Made by a program: the position numbers and the translations under genes. A DNA stretch of 64,000 nucleotides from the human T2T-CHM13v2.0 reference genome, Homo sapiens. A model generated the notes under the pieces. That model worked only from the letters and a program-made list of their open reading frames with translations. It did not search any database and had not been told where the DNA came from. Shown piece by piece: positions 13,496-27,085 of this stretch (within the stretch, counting starts at the first letter, position 1; each line of letters starts with the position of its first letter). The DNA lies in contig CP068257.2 in assembly GCA_009914755.4 (NCBI GenBank), positions 23,680,001 through 23,744,000 on the forward strand, given 5' to 3'.

Positions 13496-16400
13496 GGTTA
13501 CAAGCAGGAGCTCAGAAGCCTAAAATAAAGTGACGATGTTTACTCTAATGTTTAGCTTAAGTCACTAATATTTAGCTCTACTCTTCTACGAAAGCCACAG
13601 CCTTAGGGTGGGAATGGCCTACCACCTTTGCTAGCCCCAGGGTTTTGTACCGTGGGTACAGTACCAATTGTTTTTCCTAACTTCTGCCTACAGGGTTTAG
13701 TCCCTGTACTAAAGTTTCCTCAACTGATCCAGAATGAATGTGCCATCTCTTTCTTACTAGTACCCTGATTGATGTGTAGAATGGGGTAAGATTTTGGAGT
13801 TTAATTCTAAAGGACACAATATATGTAAAATGACTCACAATGTACACAGTAAATACTTTGTATATGCTCATACTCCTTATGATTTTCCCATCTAGAAAAA
13901 TTACCATCACCAATGCATCTGAATATTGCATTGGGGTATCAGAACCCTCTCTTTTGCTCCCCTAGGCAGTGGTCAACATGTGGATTTATAGCTTTCAGCA
14001 AAAAGTGAATATGGATCAAATGGAATGCTTGGCACTGCCTCATCCTTCCCCCATGAAAATGCAGAATGGCATATCATGAATATATGAGTGAGATTAACTA
14101 ACACACTCTGGTTAAGTAAGAAAATGTGTAATTCCACATTTTTAAAAATGTGAAACGGTAAAGGAAATGCAAAGCCATAAAATTAGTTTTGGTCTCATAA
14201 GTATCTCCTTGATAAACTGTATAAATGCAAAAAAAGTTATCAATTAACTGAAAAACTATAAGATATTCACAAAGGGAACAACTAGAATGCTTGAACCTAC
14301 TGCACCTAAAGTGTTGCTTGCAGTAAAGCATTATTATTTTTTCTCCTAAAATAAAGATATATTAAAATTTGTAAGACAGAACATCACACTTGAGTATATG
14401 CTATTCATCTGATAAATATATCATATTTCTCCCAAGACTGCTTAGATGTAATTTCTGGTTTCTTCATTGTAAGATATAAATAGGAAGATATTTAATCAAA
14501 GTTTTGGTTTTGTATAAACCTAGATTATATGTATATATTTTTCTCCAAGCTTCTAGTAATTTCTGCCTCCAAGATTATAAATTTTATGCTAACCTGGGTG
14601 AACTGCTGTAGAGGTTTATGCAGGAATTTGGTGATTTTGCTCAGTAGAAACAATCAATATCAAGACTTACGTCAACTCTCACTCTTCACATGAGTTTTGG
14701 TTATTAAATTTTAATTATTTTCCTGGTCATTATAGCAAAATCATCAACTGAATACAATGGAAGCGTGAGAGTGTTTCTCTGAACTTACTGTATGTAGGGA
14801 AACTTCAATTAGGCTCAACAAATTAGATTACTTCTGAAGTTCATAGAGTGAAAACTATAAAGTTGAAAATTACATAGTGAAATTGAACTACATAAAAAAT
14901 TTTTCACAAATTGAAGCCTTGTCATTCTTCCTACTTACCTTAAAGGAAGAATATTTCTATTTGTAAAATAAAAATAGAAATTTTTATTTGACAGTGAATT
15001 CAGTGAAGCCAGTGAGCGAGGCCATTGGAAGCATATGTGTAATGTCAAACATCAGAAGAGATCTTCCAGGGGAAGGGGTGCAGCTGGTTTCAGAGTGTTG
15101 GGGGAAGAGAAAAGATTTAACTTACATTATCCACCCCAAGGCTCAAGAATTGTTAAGCACAAACCTACTGATAAATCATATTGTTTTCATTCTACTGTAA
15201 TGTATGTGGTTTAAAGTTATGAGAATAAAAAATATATTCTTCCCATTTTTACCAGAATCTGTTTGAATATACTCTGAATTTCCCTATTTATAAAAATTCC
15301 CTCTTTAGGCTAGTAACTGGCTAATTTCCATGCTCAGTCTTACAATTTGCTCATTTTTTATGCATTGATTTATTCAACAGATACTTATGGAATGTCTATC
15401 TAGTTAAGTGCTAGAAATAATTCTAAACAAAAGAATATGACAATTTATTGAAAATATATGATTGTTTCACAGAAGAGCATTAATAACCTCTAACCATCAG
15501 ATACTAAGTTAATACTCCCAAGCTAAACAAAACAACAACCTTTTTACAGTTATATTGGGATTCTGTAAAAAAGATTTTTTTTAATGAAGCATCACACTTG
15601 CCACAGTTTTATTTAACCTGGTATTTATATCAAGTGTAAAGAGGACTATTATAGATAAGAAGACTGGAGAAGGCCATAATATTAATGTCAGATTTGACCT
15701 ATTGTAAAATTCATCTTACCTGGAAGGTTAAATCAATTCCAGTGCTGCAGGGAGAGTCTTCATTTACACAAAGGAAATTTGACAAGGGTGTTTTTCTGAG
15801 CAAAAGCAGTAGCATACTGCATTGTTTGAAGCAGGTAAACTTATACCATGTCTCTTCTAGAATGTACCAAATGTAAATCCTTTTCATTCTATAAATACTT
15901 TCTAAAGTACTCACATTCTTTAACTTTTAAAAATCTACTTTATTTTCTTTCAAGGCACTTATAGCACTTGGGGTTAACTTTTTAGCAAATGACAATTCTT
16001 AATGACCCACTTTCTAAATAGAAAGTGAAAAAAACAATCTCACAACAAATCCTCAAAGTACAAAAGCAATGACACTTCTAAAGTAAGCTCCCATTCAGCT
16101 CCCGGGTATCTTTAATACTCACAGATCTCATCTTCTTATGGATTTAACAACTGTGCTTTAATGTGCTTTAGGTCTAGTATTCATATCTTCCACTATTCCC
16201 TTTGATAAAGATAAATAAGCTTATGGAGACAGTGCTGCCCCTGAGACTGCAAATTAAGGAGCGACTTATCAACCGAAGAAGATAAAGAAGAAATGTGACA
16301 TTGGCAATGCTTTTAAATAGCAATTTAAAATTGCCCGCTCTAACTCAGTGATTGAGTATTTAAAAAAAGCAACAAGAAAATCAACTCTTCATTCCAGGTA

Positions 16401-16794
16401 TGGACTCTGAAAATGAAAAAGGCAGCGTCTCTTTGGGCCTAGGTCTAACTGCCTGCTGGATCAGGGCTCCTTCAGACTCCGCCCACTGCCCTCTCTTGGA
16501 TGCATTTTCTCTCCAACTTGGGTGCCCACTAGCCTTGCCTTTGATCACAGCCTCCTTTATTCTTATTATGTTTTCAATCGATAAATATCTGCTGAATGAT
16601 TATATTTTACAATACTAACAAATATTTACACTGGTTAAAACAAGAATCATATTATTTAATTAAAGGAGACCTGAGATCTATTACAATTACAAGTGTACAT
16701 TAGAATACAGGGCTGCTCTATAGTCTTGCTACTCAAAACTGTGGTACAGGGTCCCATAACATCAGCCTAATCTGGGTGTGTGTTAGAATCTGAA

Positions 16795-16965
16795 AATTGC
16801 TGAACAAGATTCTCGGGAGATTTGTATTCACATTAAAATTTCAGACATGATGTGTTTACCTGAGGATCTTGTTATAATGCAGATTCTGGTTCAGGTCTGA
16901 AGCGAGGCCCAAGATTCTGCATTTCTAACAAGCTCCCAGCTGACACCAATGTTATTGGTCCATAA
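16795..16965. mobile_element. Ancient interspersed repeat fragment, probably a MER-type DNA-transposon relic
   Basis: The motif 'cttgttataatgcagattctggttcaggtctgaagcgaggcccaagattctgcatttctaacaagctcccagctgacac' is a very common human repeat ('...tgcagattctgattcagtaggtctggggtggggcc...gattctgcatttctaacaagctcccaggtga...'). A related copy lies at 48550-48633. Confidence 0.3.
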
Positions 16966-19891
16966 ACTGAAACTTGAGTAGCAAAGATGCAGAGGAAATA
17001 AAAATGGTTCTAAGCATGTAGACCTATCTAAGTTATCAGAGCCAATTGCCACCTTTGAAATAGCCTTACTGAATTAAACAGAAGAAAACTTTTAAAACTT
17101 CTCATTTTTATGGTGAAAAAGTCATAAATTTATTCTGAATTTGTGAAGTTTGAAAGAGTAGTACATCTGTAAAACAGAACAGTCTGGGATAATGAGAAAT
17201 TGCATCCAGATTGAAATTATGTTTCCAAATATTAATTAATGGCGGCAGTGAGCAGCCGATTGGTTGCTACAGCAAATAGAAATATGCCCTAGCATACCCC
17301 AGGAAATATTTGCAGAACTTAGAACAGTAAAGGGATTAATATGGTAAGTGAAAAGATCATAGAAAGAAGGACGATTGATACAGAAGTTCTCCTATGTTCA
17401 TAATAAGAATTCAAAAAGCAATAATTTGATGAAGAAAAGCTCTCTGCAGAAGATTGAGGAGAAGTAGCAAAGACAACAAAATTGAAGACAAGTTCACTGA
17501 GCTAAAAAGAGCTAAGAATTTAAATCAGAAAAAGACCATCTGAATACTAGGTAAAAATGATGAGAAATAAAAGACAAAACAGGTCTTGATAACTACAAGA
17601 ATTTAAAACAAACAAACAAAAAAACACCTAAAACCAACCAGGCAGAAAACCAGGTAACATACAAAAGAAAAAGAAAACCATATAAATACTAAAATTCTCC
17701 TTTTTAAATATATAAAAAGCAAACTGCTCAACATCTACAAAGTACAGATGACTATTGATTGAAATCTACTTCTGGGGAAGATATTATTCGTGTTTAGAAG
17801 CAATAAAGACATTATTATATGCAAGAACTTAGAAAATATCCTTCACATGCATTATTTTTTTAAATGAGATACTAGAGCAAATTTTGATGCGATTAAAATA
17901 GATGTCTTTTTGGAAAGCAGTATAATCTGTAGTTATCAGAATTATTTCCTAAAGAATTGTTAATCTAGTCATACGACAGCAGCAACATGTAAAATCTCTA
18001 AATATATGACATTCAACAGAAAAGAAAGAGTGAGAAAAGATAGAAGGGAAAGAAAAAAGAATGAAAGTGGAAGCCAGGAAGAGGGGGAGGAAGTAAAGAA
18101 AGAACATATAATCTCTCATATTAAATAGAAATTTCAATCTGTGACTATTTTTAAATATGGGCTCTAGTACATTTTATTTTGTTTCATTATAATAATGTAA
18201 AAATAGTTATATCTAAATCATTATAAAAGTAGCAAAAAATATTAAGCAATATATCAGAATATGGGAAGTATAGAATGTATTTCTAGAAATCCACAAGTAA
18301 ACTCTTTAGAAATAAATACTTTAGGCAGGAAAGATTGGTAGGTTCACCCCACAACCACACTACAGTTACTCCTGTAGTTATTTGTAAGCCCTTACCTTAC
18401 TCTTTATTAAGTATACATTCTAATACACTGAATGTATTTCATTCCATAGTGTTGGTTTGGTCTCAACAAATCTCCCATAGTCATCCCATATCCCAAGGGA
18501 ATTAGCATTCATTACCTTATTCCTGCAGAGCACCTGTAGTTCAGAAGCTGACCACCTCCAGCTCCAAGAATAGACTCTTTTTCATTTAATCTAAACAACT
18601 CCCTTCTTTCTCCCAGCCACAGTTAATATTCCTAAATGCTCTAATTCAGAGTAAGTTGAAGAATTCTTGCTTAGAATAGTTGGGAAAAAAAGTGCTCACT
18701 GCTTTCCTGTGAATACCATAATGCAATTTACCAAAACTGCAAAATCCTCTTCAGTAATGGCAGCCAAGAAAAAAGCAAGAAAAGGAGGCCAGAGCCACTG
18801 GATTGCTAAAGTTCTGGACTTCCAGTTACATGATCCAATAAACTTCCTCAATCTTTAGGCCACTTTGAAATGAGTTTCTTTTGATTGTTCCTGAACACAT
18901 ATTACCTGATGCAAACTCCTTTGTTACCCTTTAAAAGTCTGAATTTCAAAGAATACTTTTTAGGAGTTAAGAAGCTCTTAACATGTTGATCCAAGCAACA
19001 TTGCTTTCTTCAGTCTGGTGCCCCAGTGGGGAAAGCACATTTGTAGATGGCATGTCCTAAGCAATGATTTAAAATTTGCTTAGGCTTCATATTTTCAATA
19101 TTGAATAATTTCCTGTTTATATAATCTGGGATTGCCACCAAAACTGCAAGTTCCCAAGTCCCCTAGAAATATACACATCAGAGCATTCTCTCTATAGATG
19201 GCAAAACACAGAAAATAATACAATTTATTGTAGTAAGACTATCTCATAGAATTAAATGGGGATAAACAACAACTGAAGTCAGCCTTTAAAAAACAAGAAT
19301 AAAAGTAGAAAGCTTAATATAATTAATTTACACATTGAAGGGGGAAGCCATATAAAGGATTTTCATAGCTTTCTCATTTCTCAAGAATTTTACTCATCAA
19401 AATTAAAACACGTGTTTGCTTGAATGCTAAACATGATGCCATTTTTGATTTTCAATGTATGCAGAACCACATTTTTCAACATCAGAAGTATAATTTTAGA
19501 AATGATTTTTCAAATCACTTTCTCTAAAGCACACTTATTAGATGACATCCTAGTGCATTTGGGCTGCTGTAACAATGCCTCAGACTGAGTAACTTGTAAA
19601 CAACAGAAATGTGTTGCTCTCAGTTCTGAATGCTAGGCAGTTCAAGATTAAGGCAAGATTTGGTGTCTGGTGAGCACTTGTTCTCTGCCTCATAGATGAC
19701 GCCTTGTTACTGTGTAGTCACATGGCAGAAGAGGCAATAGGGTTCCTTTATGCCTCTTTTATAGGAACATTAATTCTATCCATGAGGTCTCCACTATGAC
19801 CTAGTCACCTCCCAAAGCCTCACTTCATAATAGCAACACTTTGGGGATTAGATTCCACCATATACATTTTGGCAAATCCATGCTTGCCTGT

Positions 19892-20205
19892 TGATAAGGT
19901 TTGGCTGTGTCCTCACCCGAATCTTACCTTGAATTGTAGCTCCCACAATTCCCACGTGTCATGGGAGGGACTTTATGGGAGGTAATTGAATCATGGGGGC
20001 GAGTCTTTCCCGTGCTGTTCTCATGATAGTGAATAAACCTCACAAGATCTGGTATTTTTTATAAGGGGGAGTTTCCCTGCACAAATTCTCTCATTTTTTC
20101 CTTTTGCCTGCTGCCATGTAAGATGTACCTCTAGCCTTCTGCCACGAGTGTGACGCCTCCCCAGCCACATGGAACTGTGAGTGTGAAAATGGACTAATAT
20201 ACCCA
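19892..20205 (+). mobile_element. THE1 or MST-type MaLR solo LTR
   Basis: The start, 'tgataaggtttggctgtgtcctcacccgaatcttaccttgaattgtagctcccacaattcccacgtgtcatgggagggac', matches the THE1 LTR start 'tgatatggtttggctgtgtccccacccaaatctcatcttgaattgtagctcccataattcccacgtgttgtgggagggac'. The end, '...ccagccacatggaactgtgagtgtgaaaatggactaatatac', matches the THE1 end '...ccagccatgtggaactgtgagtc...ggactaataca'. Confidence 0.85.
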
Positions 20206-22777
20206 TTAAATAAAAAAAAAAGCTATTTTGCTAGATTCTGCATTTCTCTCCTTATCTGTCCTGTAGTTGACAACCTTCCCCTACTTAATACATAATTGGG
20301 CTCAAGATCATTGGTTTTGCAAAATCGCTGAAATTCCAAACTAGAGAAGTACCCCTAATAGGAATTGCCACTGCCTTGCTCTGGTTTCTTCAATTAAGAA
20401 GAAGAGATAAAGGATAAAATCATCTCATGTGGAGAAGGCTATAGGGGGCACCCATGGCAAGGAGGAAATGGCAGTGGGGCAGAATAATGAAAACCTGAAT
20501 TACAGCTCCAGGAATCCCTACTTTGTTCTTTCAAAGCAAGCTACAGAATCTCCTTAAACTTCAAATTATTCTAGTACACAGACCACTTTAAGGGTCAAAT
20601 GTAAGGCTTTTTAATATTATATGTGTTCCTATTCCAGGTAAGTGACTTCTATCCACTACTTCCTTGTGTTTGGAACATTTGATTTAGGGCTAACTTTCTA
20701 ACTGTCACTCATTATTTTTCTGTTAATCTGTTATCTCCATCCTCAAGTAATTTGCGTAAGGATAGTTTTAAGTGTGGAAATGATTCATCAAGGGATTTTA
20801 AAAGAATTTGCTTTGCTCCATTGTCTGTGGTCTATGTAAATGCAGGAATTAAAATCAGATAGTCTCTCCAGGATTTTCCCAGCCTAACAAGTCTGTGATT
20901 CATGAGGGGAGAAGTTTCTGAAACTTGGAAATGGCTATGAATTATATGCTGGAGAGCTGAAGAAGTCAGCAGTCCAGTAGGTGTCTCAAAGTCAACCACT
21001 CTTGGATAGTTTCTGAACTATTATAATTGCTCTCAAGGCTCCATAATCACCAGGGACTTGCAAAGCAGAGTGTAAAATAGTTATGAATGTGGTCAAATGT
21101 ATGACTATTTTCTAAAATTGCTAATGTTCAGCATATAATTTCTTCAGGCAGAAGCATCCAATGTATTAAGTGTAGTACACAGGAAGACAATTTTTCCTGA
21201 ACACAATCTGTATTCTGCCATTTTTTAGTTTTTAACGAGAGCCTTTACAATGCAGGGGTGTGGAGAATTGACAGATTTTGCACATTTTAGTGTTTTTTCA
21301 CAATGTTTGCTATGTTCAGCAGAATATAAACTTTCAGATTTAAAATATGTTCTCTAGTTTATCCTACTGTGCAAATCAGTACATTAAGCAAGCCTAGCAG
21401 AAAACCATAAGCAGGCAGACAAAAGCTGTGAGAGAGAGGCTTTCCTATCAAATGTGATGGGAAATAAGATTTAAATATGGGTTTGCCCACCAGTGTATGA
21501 ACCAGAAGTCACAGCCCAGAAACTAAAAAAAGTCACAAAGCAAGGTCAACAGTGACACACAATCGTAGATTGTGAAATTCGAAAGAACCTACTTGAAATA
21601 ATTCAAATTAAAACATGGCCTTAAGCATACTGCATTAAATATAACGTACTAAAACACACTGTTAATATAGGCTCAATGGCTATAACAAATAAACCAGTGT
21701 GGTGTCTATATTTCTTGCTCCGTAATAGTCTAGGCAGGTGTTCCCGGCTGGCAGGCAGCTCTCCTCTGCAGGGATCCTGAGCACTGGAATTCCTCCATCT
21801 CGGATCCTGCCATCATCTAGGGAATTTTCATTGCCCGCATCATGTCAGCTGTTCTGCTATGTTGCAAGTTAAGTGGTAGAAGGAAAAAGATATGGAGGCC
21901 ACACGTACTGAGATAATGGCCTCAGCCTGGAGGCACAGTCCTTCCACTCTCATTCCGTGAAGAACTCAAATTACACACTAACTGCAAGGGAGGCTGGAAA
22001 ATACAGCCCTGCTGAGTGGCCAGAAAGAAGAGAAGGGCTGTTGGTGCCCAGCAAATTTCAGAAATAAGAAGAGTACGTACAATATTCATCATTTTGAAGA
22101 ATTTGCTTTGCTCCATAGACTGCGGAGGAAAGGGAGGAACTAGAATCAGATATTCTCTCCAAGATTTTCCCAGCCTAACAATTCTATGATTCATGAAGGG
22201 AGAAGTTTCTGAAACTTGGAAATCATATCCTGGAGAGCTGAAGACGTCAGCAGTCCAGTAGGAAAATACAGACCCAAAAATGTATGTTGACATAGCCATT
22301 CTAACAAATGTAACTGTTGGGGAAATATTTTAAGACATTAAAAGGAAGTTAGACTAATTATGATATAAAAATCACACAAGTGTAAAAATAATTACAATTG
22401 ATCATTTTGATGTCTTATCACAAAAACACTACTTTGAAAACACAAGTGGCAACAAATTTCAGGATACTAATTTTGCGACCATCACTCAAATATGACATCA
22501 ATGTAATTTAAACAATTCAGAAACTTAATGGAAAATAGAAAGGAGAAAATGGTTTTCTTAAGACTTGAATGTAAGTCCTTCTATTAAACATATGAGACTT
22601 AGTAAGTAACCTTCTCATATTTCAATTTTTCTTCTTTAAACACTGACCAGATTTCTCCCTAACTACTCACAGGATTTCTGTGATAATCAGACCTAAAATG
22701 AGACAAAATAGAGAAAACACTTTGACATGTTGTAGAGCTATATATATAAGACATTTTTAGAATACTAATTTTTATAG

Positions 22778-25155
22778 TTCTCCTTGAAGAGGTCCTTCAC
22801 ATTCCTTGTAAATTGTATTCCTAGTTATTTTATTGTCTTTGTAGCAATTGTGAATGGGAGTTCCTTCGTGATTTGGCTCCCTGTTTGTCTATTATTGGTG
22901 TATGGAAATGCTTGTGATTTTTGCACATTGATTTTGTATCCTGAGACTTTGCTGAAGTTGCTTATCAGCTTAAGGATTTTTGCATCAATGTTCATCAAAG
23001 ATATTGGCCTGAAATTTTCTATTTTTGTTGTGTCTCTGCCAGGTTTTGGTATCAGGATGATGCTAGTCTCATAAAATGAGTTAGGGAGGAGTCCCTCTTT
23101 TTCTATTGTTTGGAATTGTTTCAGAAGGAATGGTACCAGCTCCTTTCTGTACCTTTGGTAGATTTCGGCTGTGAATCTGTCTTGTCCTGGGCCTTTTTTG
23201 GTTGACAGGCTGTTAATTGCTGCCTCAATTTCAGAATTTGTTATTGGTCTATTCAAGGATTCAACTTCCTCCTGGTTTAGTCTTTGGAGGGTGTATGTGT
23301 CCAGGACTTTATCCACTTCTTCCAGATTTTCAAATTTACACAGAGGTGTTTATAGTATTCTCTGATGGTAGTTTGTATTTCTGTGGGATCCGTGGTGATA
23401 GCCCCTTTATCATTTTTTATTGTGTCTATTTGATTCTTCTCTCTTTTCTTCTTTATTAATCTGGCTAGCATTTTATCTATTTTGTTAATCTTTTCAAAAA
23501 AAACAGCTCCTGGATTCATGGGTTTTTTGAAGGGTTTTTCGTGTCTCTATCTTCTTCAGTTCTGTTCTGATCTTAGTTATTTCTTGTCTTTCTGCTAGCT
23601 TTGAATTAGCTTGCTCTTGCTTCTCTAGTTCTTTTAATTGTGATGTTAGGATATCGATTTTAGATCTTTCCCACTTTCTCCTGTGGGCATTTACTGCTAT
23701 AAATTTTCCTCTACACACTAGCTTTAGCTGTGTTCCAGAGATTCTGGTACATTGTGTCTTTATTCTCATTAGTTTCAAAGAACTTATTTATTTCTGCCTT
23801 AATTTTGTTATTTACCCAGTAGTCATTCAGGAGCAGGTTATTCAGTCTCCATGTAGTTGTGTGGTTTTAAGTGAGTTTCTTAATCCTGAGTTTAATTTAA
23901 TCGCACTGTGGTCTGACAGACTGTTTGATTGCTGTTCTTTTGCATTTGCTGAGGAGTGTTTTACTTCCAATTATGTGGTTAATTTTAGAATAAGTGTAAC
24001 ATGTTGCTGAGAAGAATGTATATTCTGTTGATTTAGGGTGGAGAGTTCTGTAGATGTCTGTTAGGTCCACTTGGTCCAGAGCTAAGTTCAAGCCCTGAAT
24101 ATCCTTGTTAATTTTCCGTCTCATTGATCTGTCTAATGTTGATAGTGGGGTGTTAAAGTCTCCCACTATTATTGTGTGGGAGTCTAAGTGTCTTTGTAGG
24201 TCTCTAAGAACTTGTTTTATGAATCTGGGTGCTCCTGTATTGGGTGCATATATATTTAGGATAGTTAGCTCTTGTTGCGTTGATCCTTTTACCATTATGT
24301 AATGCCCTTCTTTGTCTTTTTTGATCTTTGTTGGTTTAAAGTCTGTTTTATTAGAGACTAGGATTGCAACCCCTGCTTTTTTTTGCTTTCTATTTGCTTT
24401 GCTCATATTCCAATTTTTCTTTAAACCATGACCAGATTTCTCCCTAACTACTCATAGGATTTCTGTGATAATCAGACTTAAAATGAGATAAAATAGAGAA
24501 AATACTTTGACATATTGTAGGACTATATATATAAGACATTTTTAGAATACTAATTCTTGTAGTTCTCCTTGAAGAGGTCCTCCATCCCTTTATTTTGAGC
24601 CTATATGTGTCTTTGCATGTGAGATGGGTCTCCTGAATTGAGCACACCAGTGGGTCTTGACTCTTTATCCGATTTGCCTGTCTGTGTCTTCTGATTGGGG
24701 TATTTAGTCCGTTTACATTTAAGGTTAATATTGTTACATGTCAATTTGATCCTGTAATTATGATGCTAGCTGGTTATTTTGACGATTAGTTGATGCAGTT
24801 TCTTCATAGTGTCAATGGTCTTTACAATTTGGTATGTTTTTGCAGTGGCTGGTACCGGTTTTTCCTTTCCATAGTAAGTGTTTTTTTCAAATGCTCTTGT
24901 AAGGCAGGCCTGGTGGTAACAAAATCTCTCAGCATTTCTTGTCTGTAAAGGATTTTATTTTTCCTTTGCTTCTGAAGCTTCGTTTGGCTGGATATGAAAT
25001 ACTGGGTTGAAAATTCTTTTCTTTAAGAACGTTGAATATTGGCCCCCACTCTCTTCTGGCTTGTAGGGTTTCTGCAGAGAGATCCACTGTTAGTCTGATG
25101 GGCTTCCCTTTGTGGATAACCAGACCTTTCTCTCTGGCTGCCCTTAACATTTTTT
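22778..25155 (-). mobile_element. L1PA-type LINE-1, 5'-inverted segment of a twin-primed insertion (ORF1 C-terminus through ORF2 to about 'DVKDLFKEN'). It has an internal ~400-bp RT deletion and a 185-bp foreign insert at 24400-24580.
   Basis: Minus-strand ORFs match L1 ORF1 C-terminus ('[58 protein letters not shown]'). They also match ORF2 endonuclease ('KQKKAGVAILVSNKTDFKPTKIKKDKEGHYIMVKGSTQQELTILNIYAPNTGAPRFIKQVL...DLTDIYRTLHPKSTEYTFFS') and ORF2 RT ('[26 protein letters not shown]...[36 protein letters not shown]'). The junction '[13 protein letters not shown]' skips the FADD region. The 12-bp target-site duplication 'agaatactaatt' lies at 22759-22770, directly upstream. Confidence 0.8.
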
Positions 25156-26752
25156 ACCCCAAAGTAACTTATAGATTCAGTGCTATCCCTATCAAGCTAC
25201 CATTGACTTTCTTCACAGAATTAGAAAAACCTACTTTAAATTTCATATGGAGCCAAAAAAGAGCCCATATAGCCAAGACAATTCTAAGCAAAAAGACCAA
25301 AGCTGGAGGCATCATGCTACCTGACTACAAACTATACTACAAGGCTATAGTAACCAAAACAGCATGGTACTGGTACCAAAACAGATATATAAACCAATGG
25401 AACAGAACAGAGGCCTCAGAAATAACACTGCAAATCTACAACCATCTGATCTTCGACAAATCTGACAAAAAGAAGCAATGGGGAAAGGATTCCCTATTTA
25501 ATAAATGATGTTGGGAAAACTGGCTAGCCATATGCAGAAAACTGAAACTGGACCCCTTCCATACACCTTATACAAAAATTAACTCGAGATGGATTAAAGA
25601 CTTAAACATAAGACTCAAAACCATGAAAACCCTAGAAGAAAACCTAGGCAATACCATTCAAGACATAGGCATGGGCAAAGACTTCATGACTAAAACACCA
25701 AAAGCAATGGCAACAAAAGCCAAAATTGACATATGGGGTCTAATTAAAGAACTTCTGCAAAGCATAAGAAGCTATCATCAGAGTGAACAGGCAACCTCCA
25801 GAATGGGAGAGAATTTTTGCAATCTATCCACCTGACAAAGGGCTAATATCCAGAATCTACAAGGAACTTAAACAAATATACAACAAAAAAAACAAACAAC
25901 TCCATCCAAAAGTGGGCAAATAATATGAACAGACACTTCTCAAAAGAAGGCATTTATGTGGCCAACAAACATATGAAAAAAAGCTCATCATGACTGGTCA
26001 TTAGAAAAATGCAAATCAAAACCACAATGAGATACCATCTCACACCAGTTAGAATGGCAATCATTAAGAAGTCAGGAAACAACAAATGCTGGAGAGGATG
26101 TGGAGAAATAGGAATGCTTTTACACTGTTGGTGGGAGTGTAAATTAGTTTAACCATTATGGAAGACAGTGTGGCGATTCCTCAAGGATCTAGAACCAGAA
26201 ATACCATTTGACCCAGCAATCACATTACTGGGTATATACCCAAAGGATTATAAATCATTCTACTATAAAGACACATGCACACGTATGTTTATTGCAGCAC
26301 TATTCACAATAGCAAAGTCTTGAAACCAACCCAAATGCCCATCAATGGTAGACTGGCTAAAGCAAATGTGGCACATATACAACATGGAATACTACGCAGC
26401 CATAAAAAAGGATGAGTTCATGTTCTTTGCAGGGACATGGATAATGCTGGAAACCATCATTCTCAGCAAACTAACACAGGAACAGAAAACCAAACTCCAC
26501 ATGTTCTCACTTCTAAGAGCTGAACAGTGAGAACACATTGACACAGGGAGGGGAACATCACATACCGGGGCCTGTCTGGAGGTGGGGTCTAGGGGAGGGA
26601 TAGCATTAGAAGAAATACCCAATGTAGACGACGGGTTGATGGGTGCAGCAAACCACCATGGCACGTGTATACCTATGTAACAAACCTGCACATTCTGCAC
26701 ATGTATCCCAGAATTTAAAGTATAAAAAATAAATAAATAAAAACAGAAAAAA
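25156..26752 (+). mobile_element. L1PA-type LINE-1, direct 3' segment of the same insertion (ORF2 C-terminal part, 3'UTR and A-rich tail)
   Basis: Translation reads '[85 protein letters not shown]...'. It continues to the canonical L1PA 3' end '...gggtgcagcaaaccaccatggcacgtgtatacctatgtaacaaacctgcacattctgcacatgtatcccagaatttaaagtataaaaaataaataaataaaaacagaaaaaaa'. The target-site duplication 'agaatactaatt' is repeated at 26753-26764. Confidence 0.85.
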
Positions 26753-27029
26753 AGAATACTAATTCTTTGAGCTCAATTTTTAAAATTCTAAAAACAAGTA
26801 AAATTATATGATCTATTAACTCAGTATTTACATTATTTTTTTAAATTTAACAAAATCTTTTCAAGAGTAATTTGTCTCGTAATGAATGTCTCCATTTATG
26901 CTGTTTCCCAGGGTTACTACTGAAAAACAAGTATTTTGCTACTTGCCTTGATTCACTATTTTGTAGGTTCTTTGAGGAGAAAAAATATATTTGATTTTAT
27001 TCCAGAGTTTAAAGAGGAGGAATTTCTTT

Positions 27030-27030
<1 letters not shown>

Positions 27031-27085
<55 letters not shown>

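Noticed and set aside
22825-25508. Many 60-170-aa ORFs with clear protein similarity (endonuclease, reverse transcriptase, ORF1p)
   Set aside because: All are fragments of L1 ORF1 or ORF2 and are interrupted by stops, frameshifts, a deletion and an insertion. They are retrotransposon remnants, not host genes. The same applies to ORFs at 30710-32537, 53263-54081 and 55793-56686.
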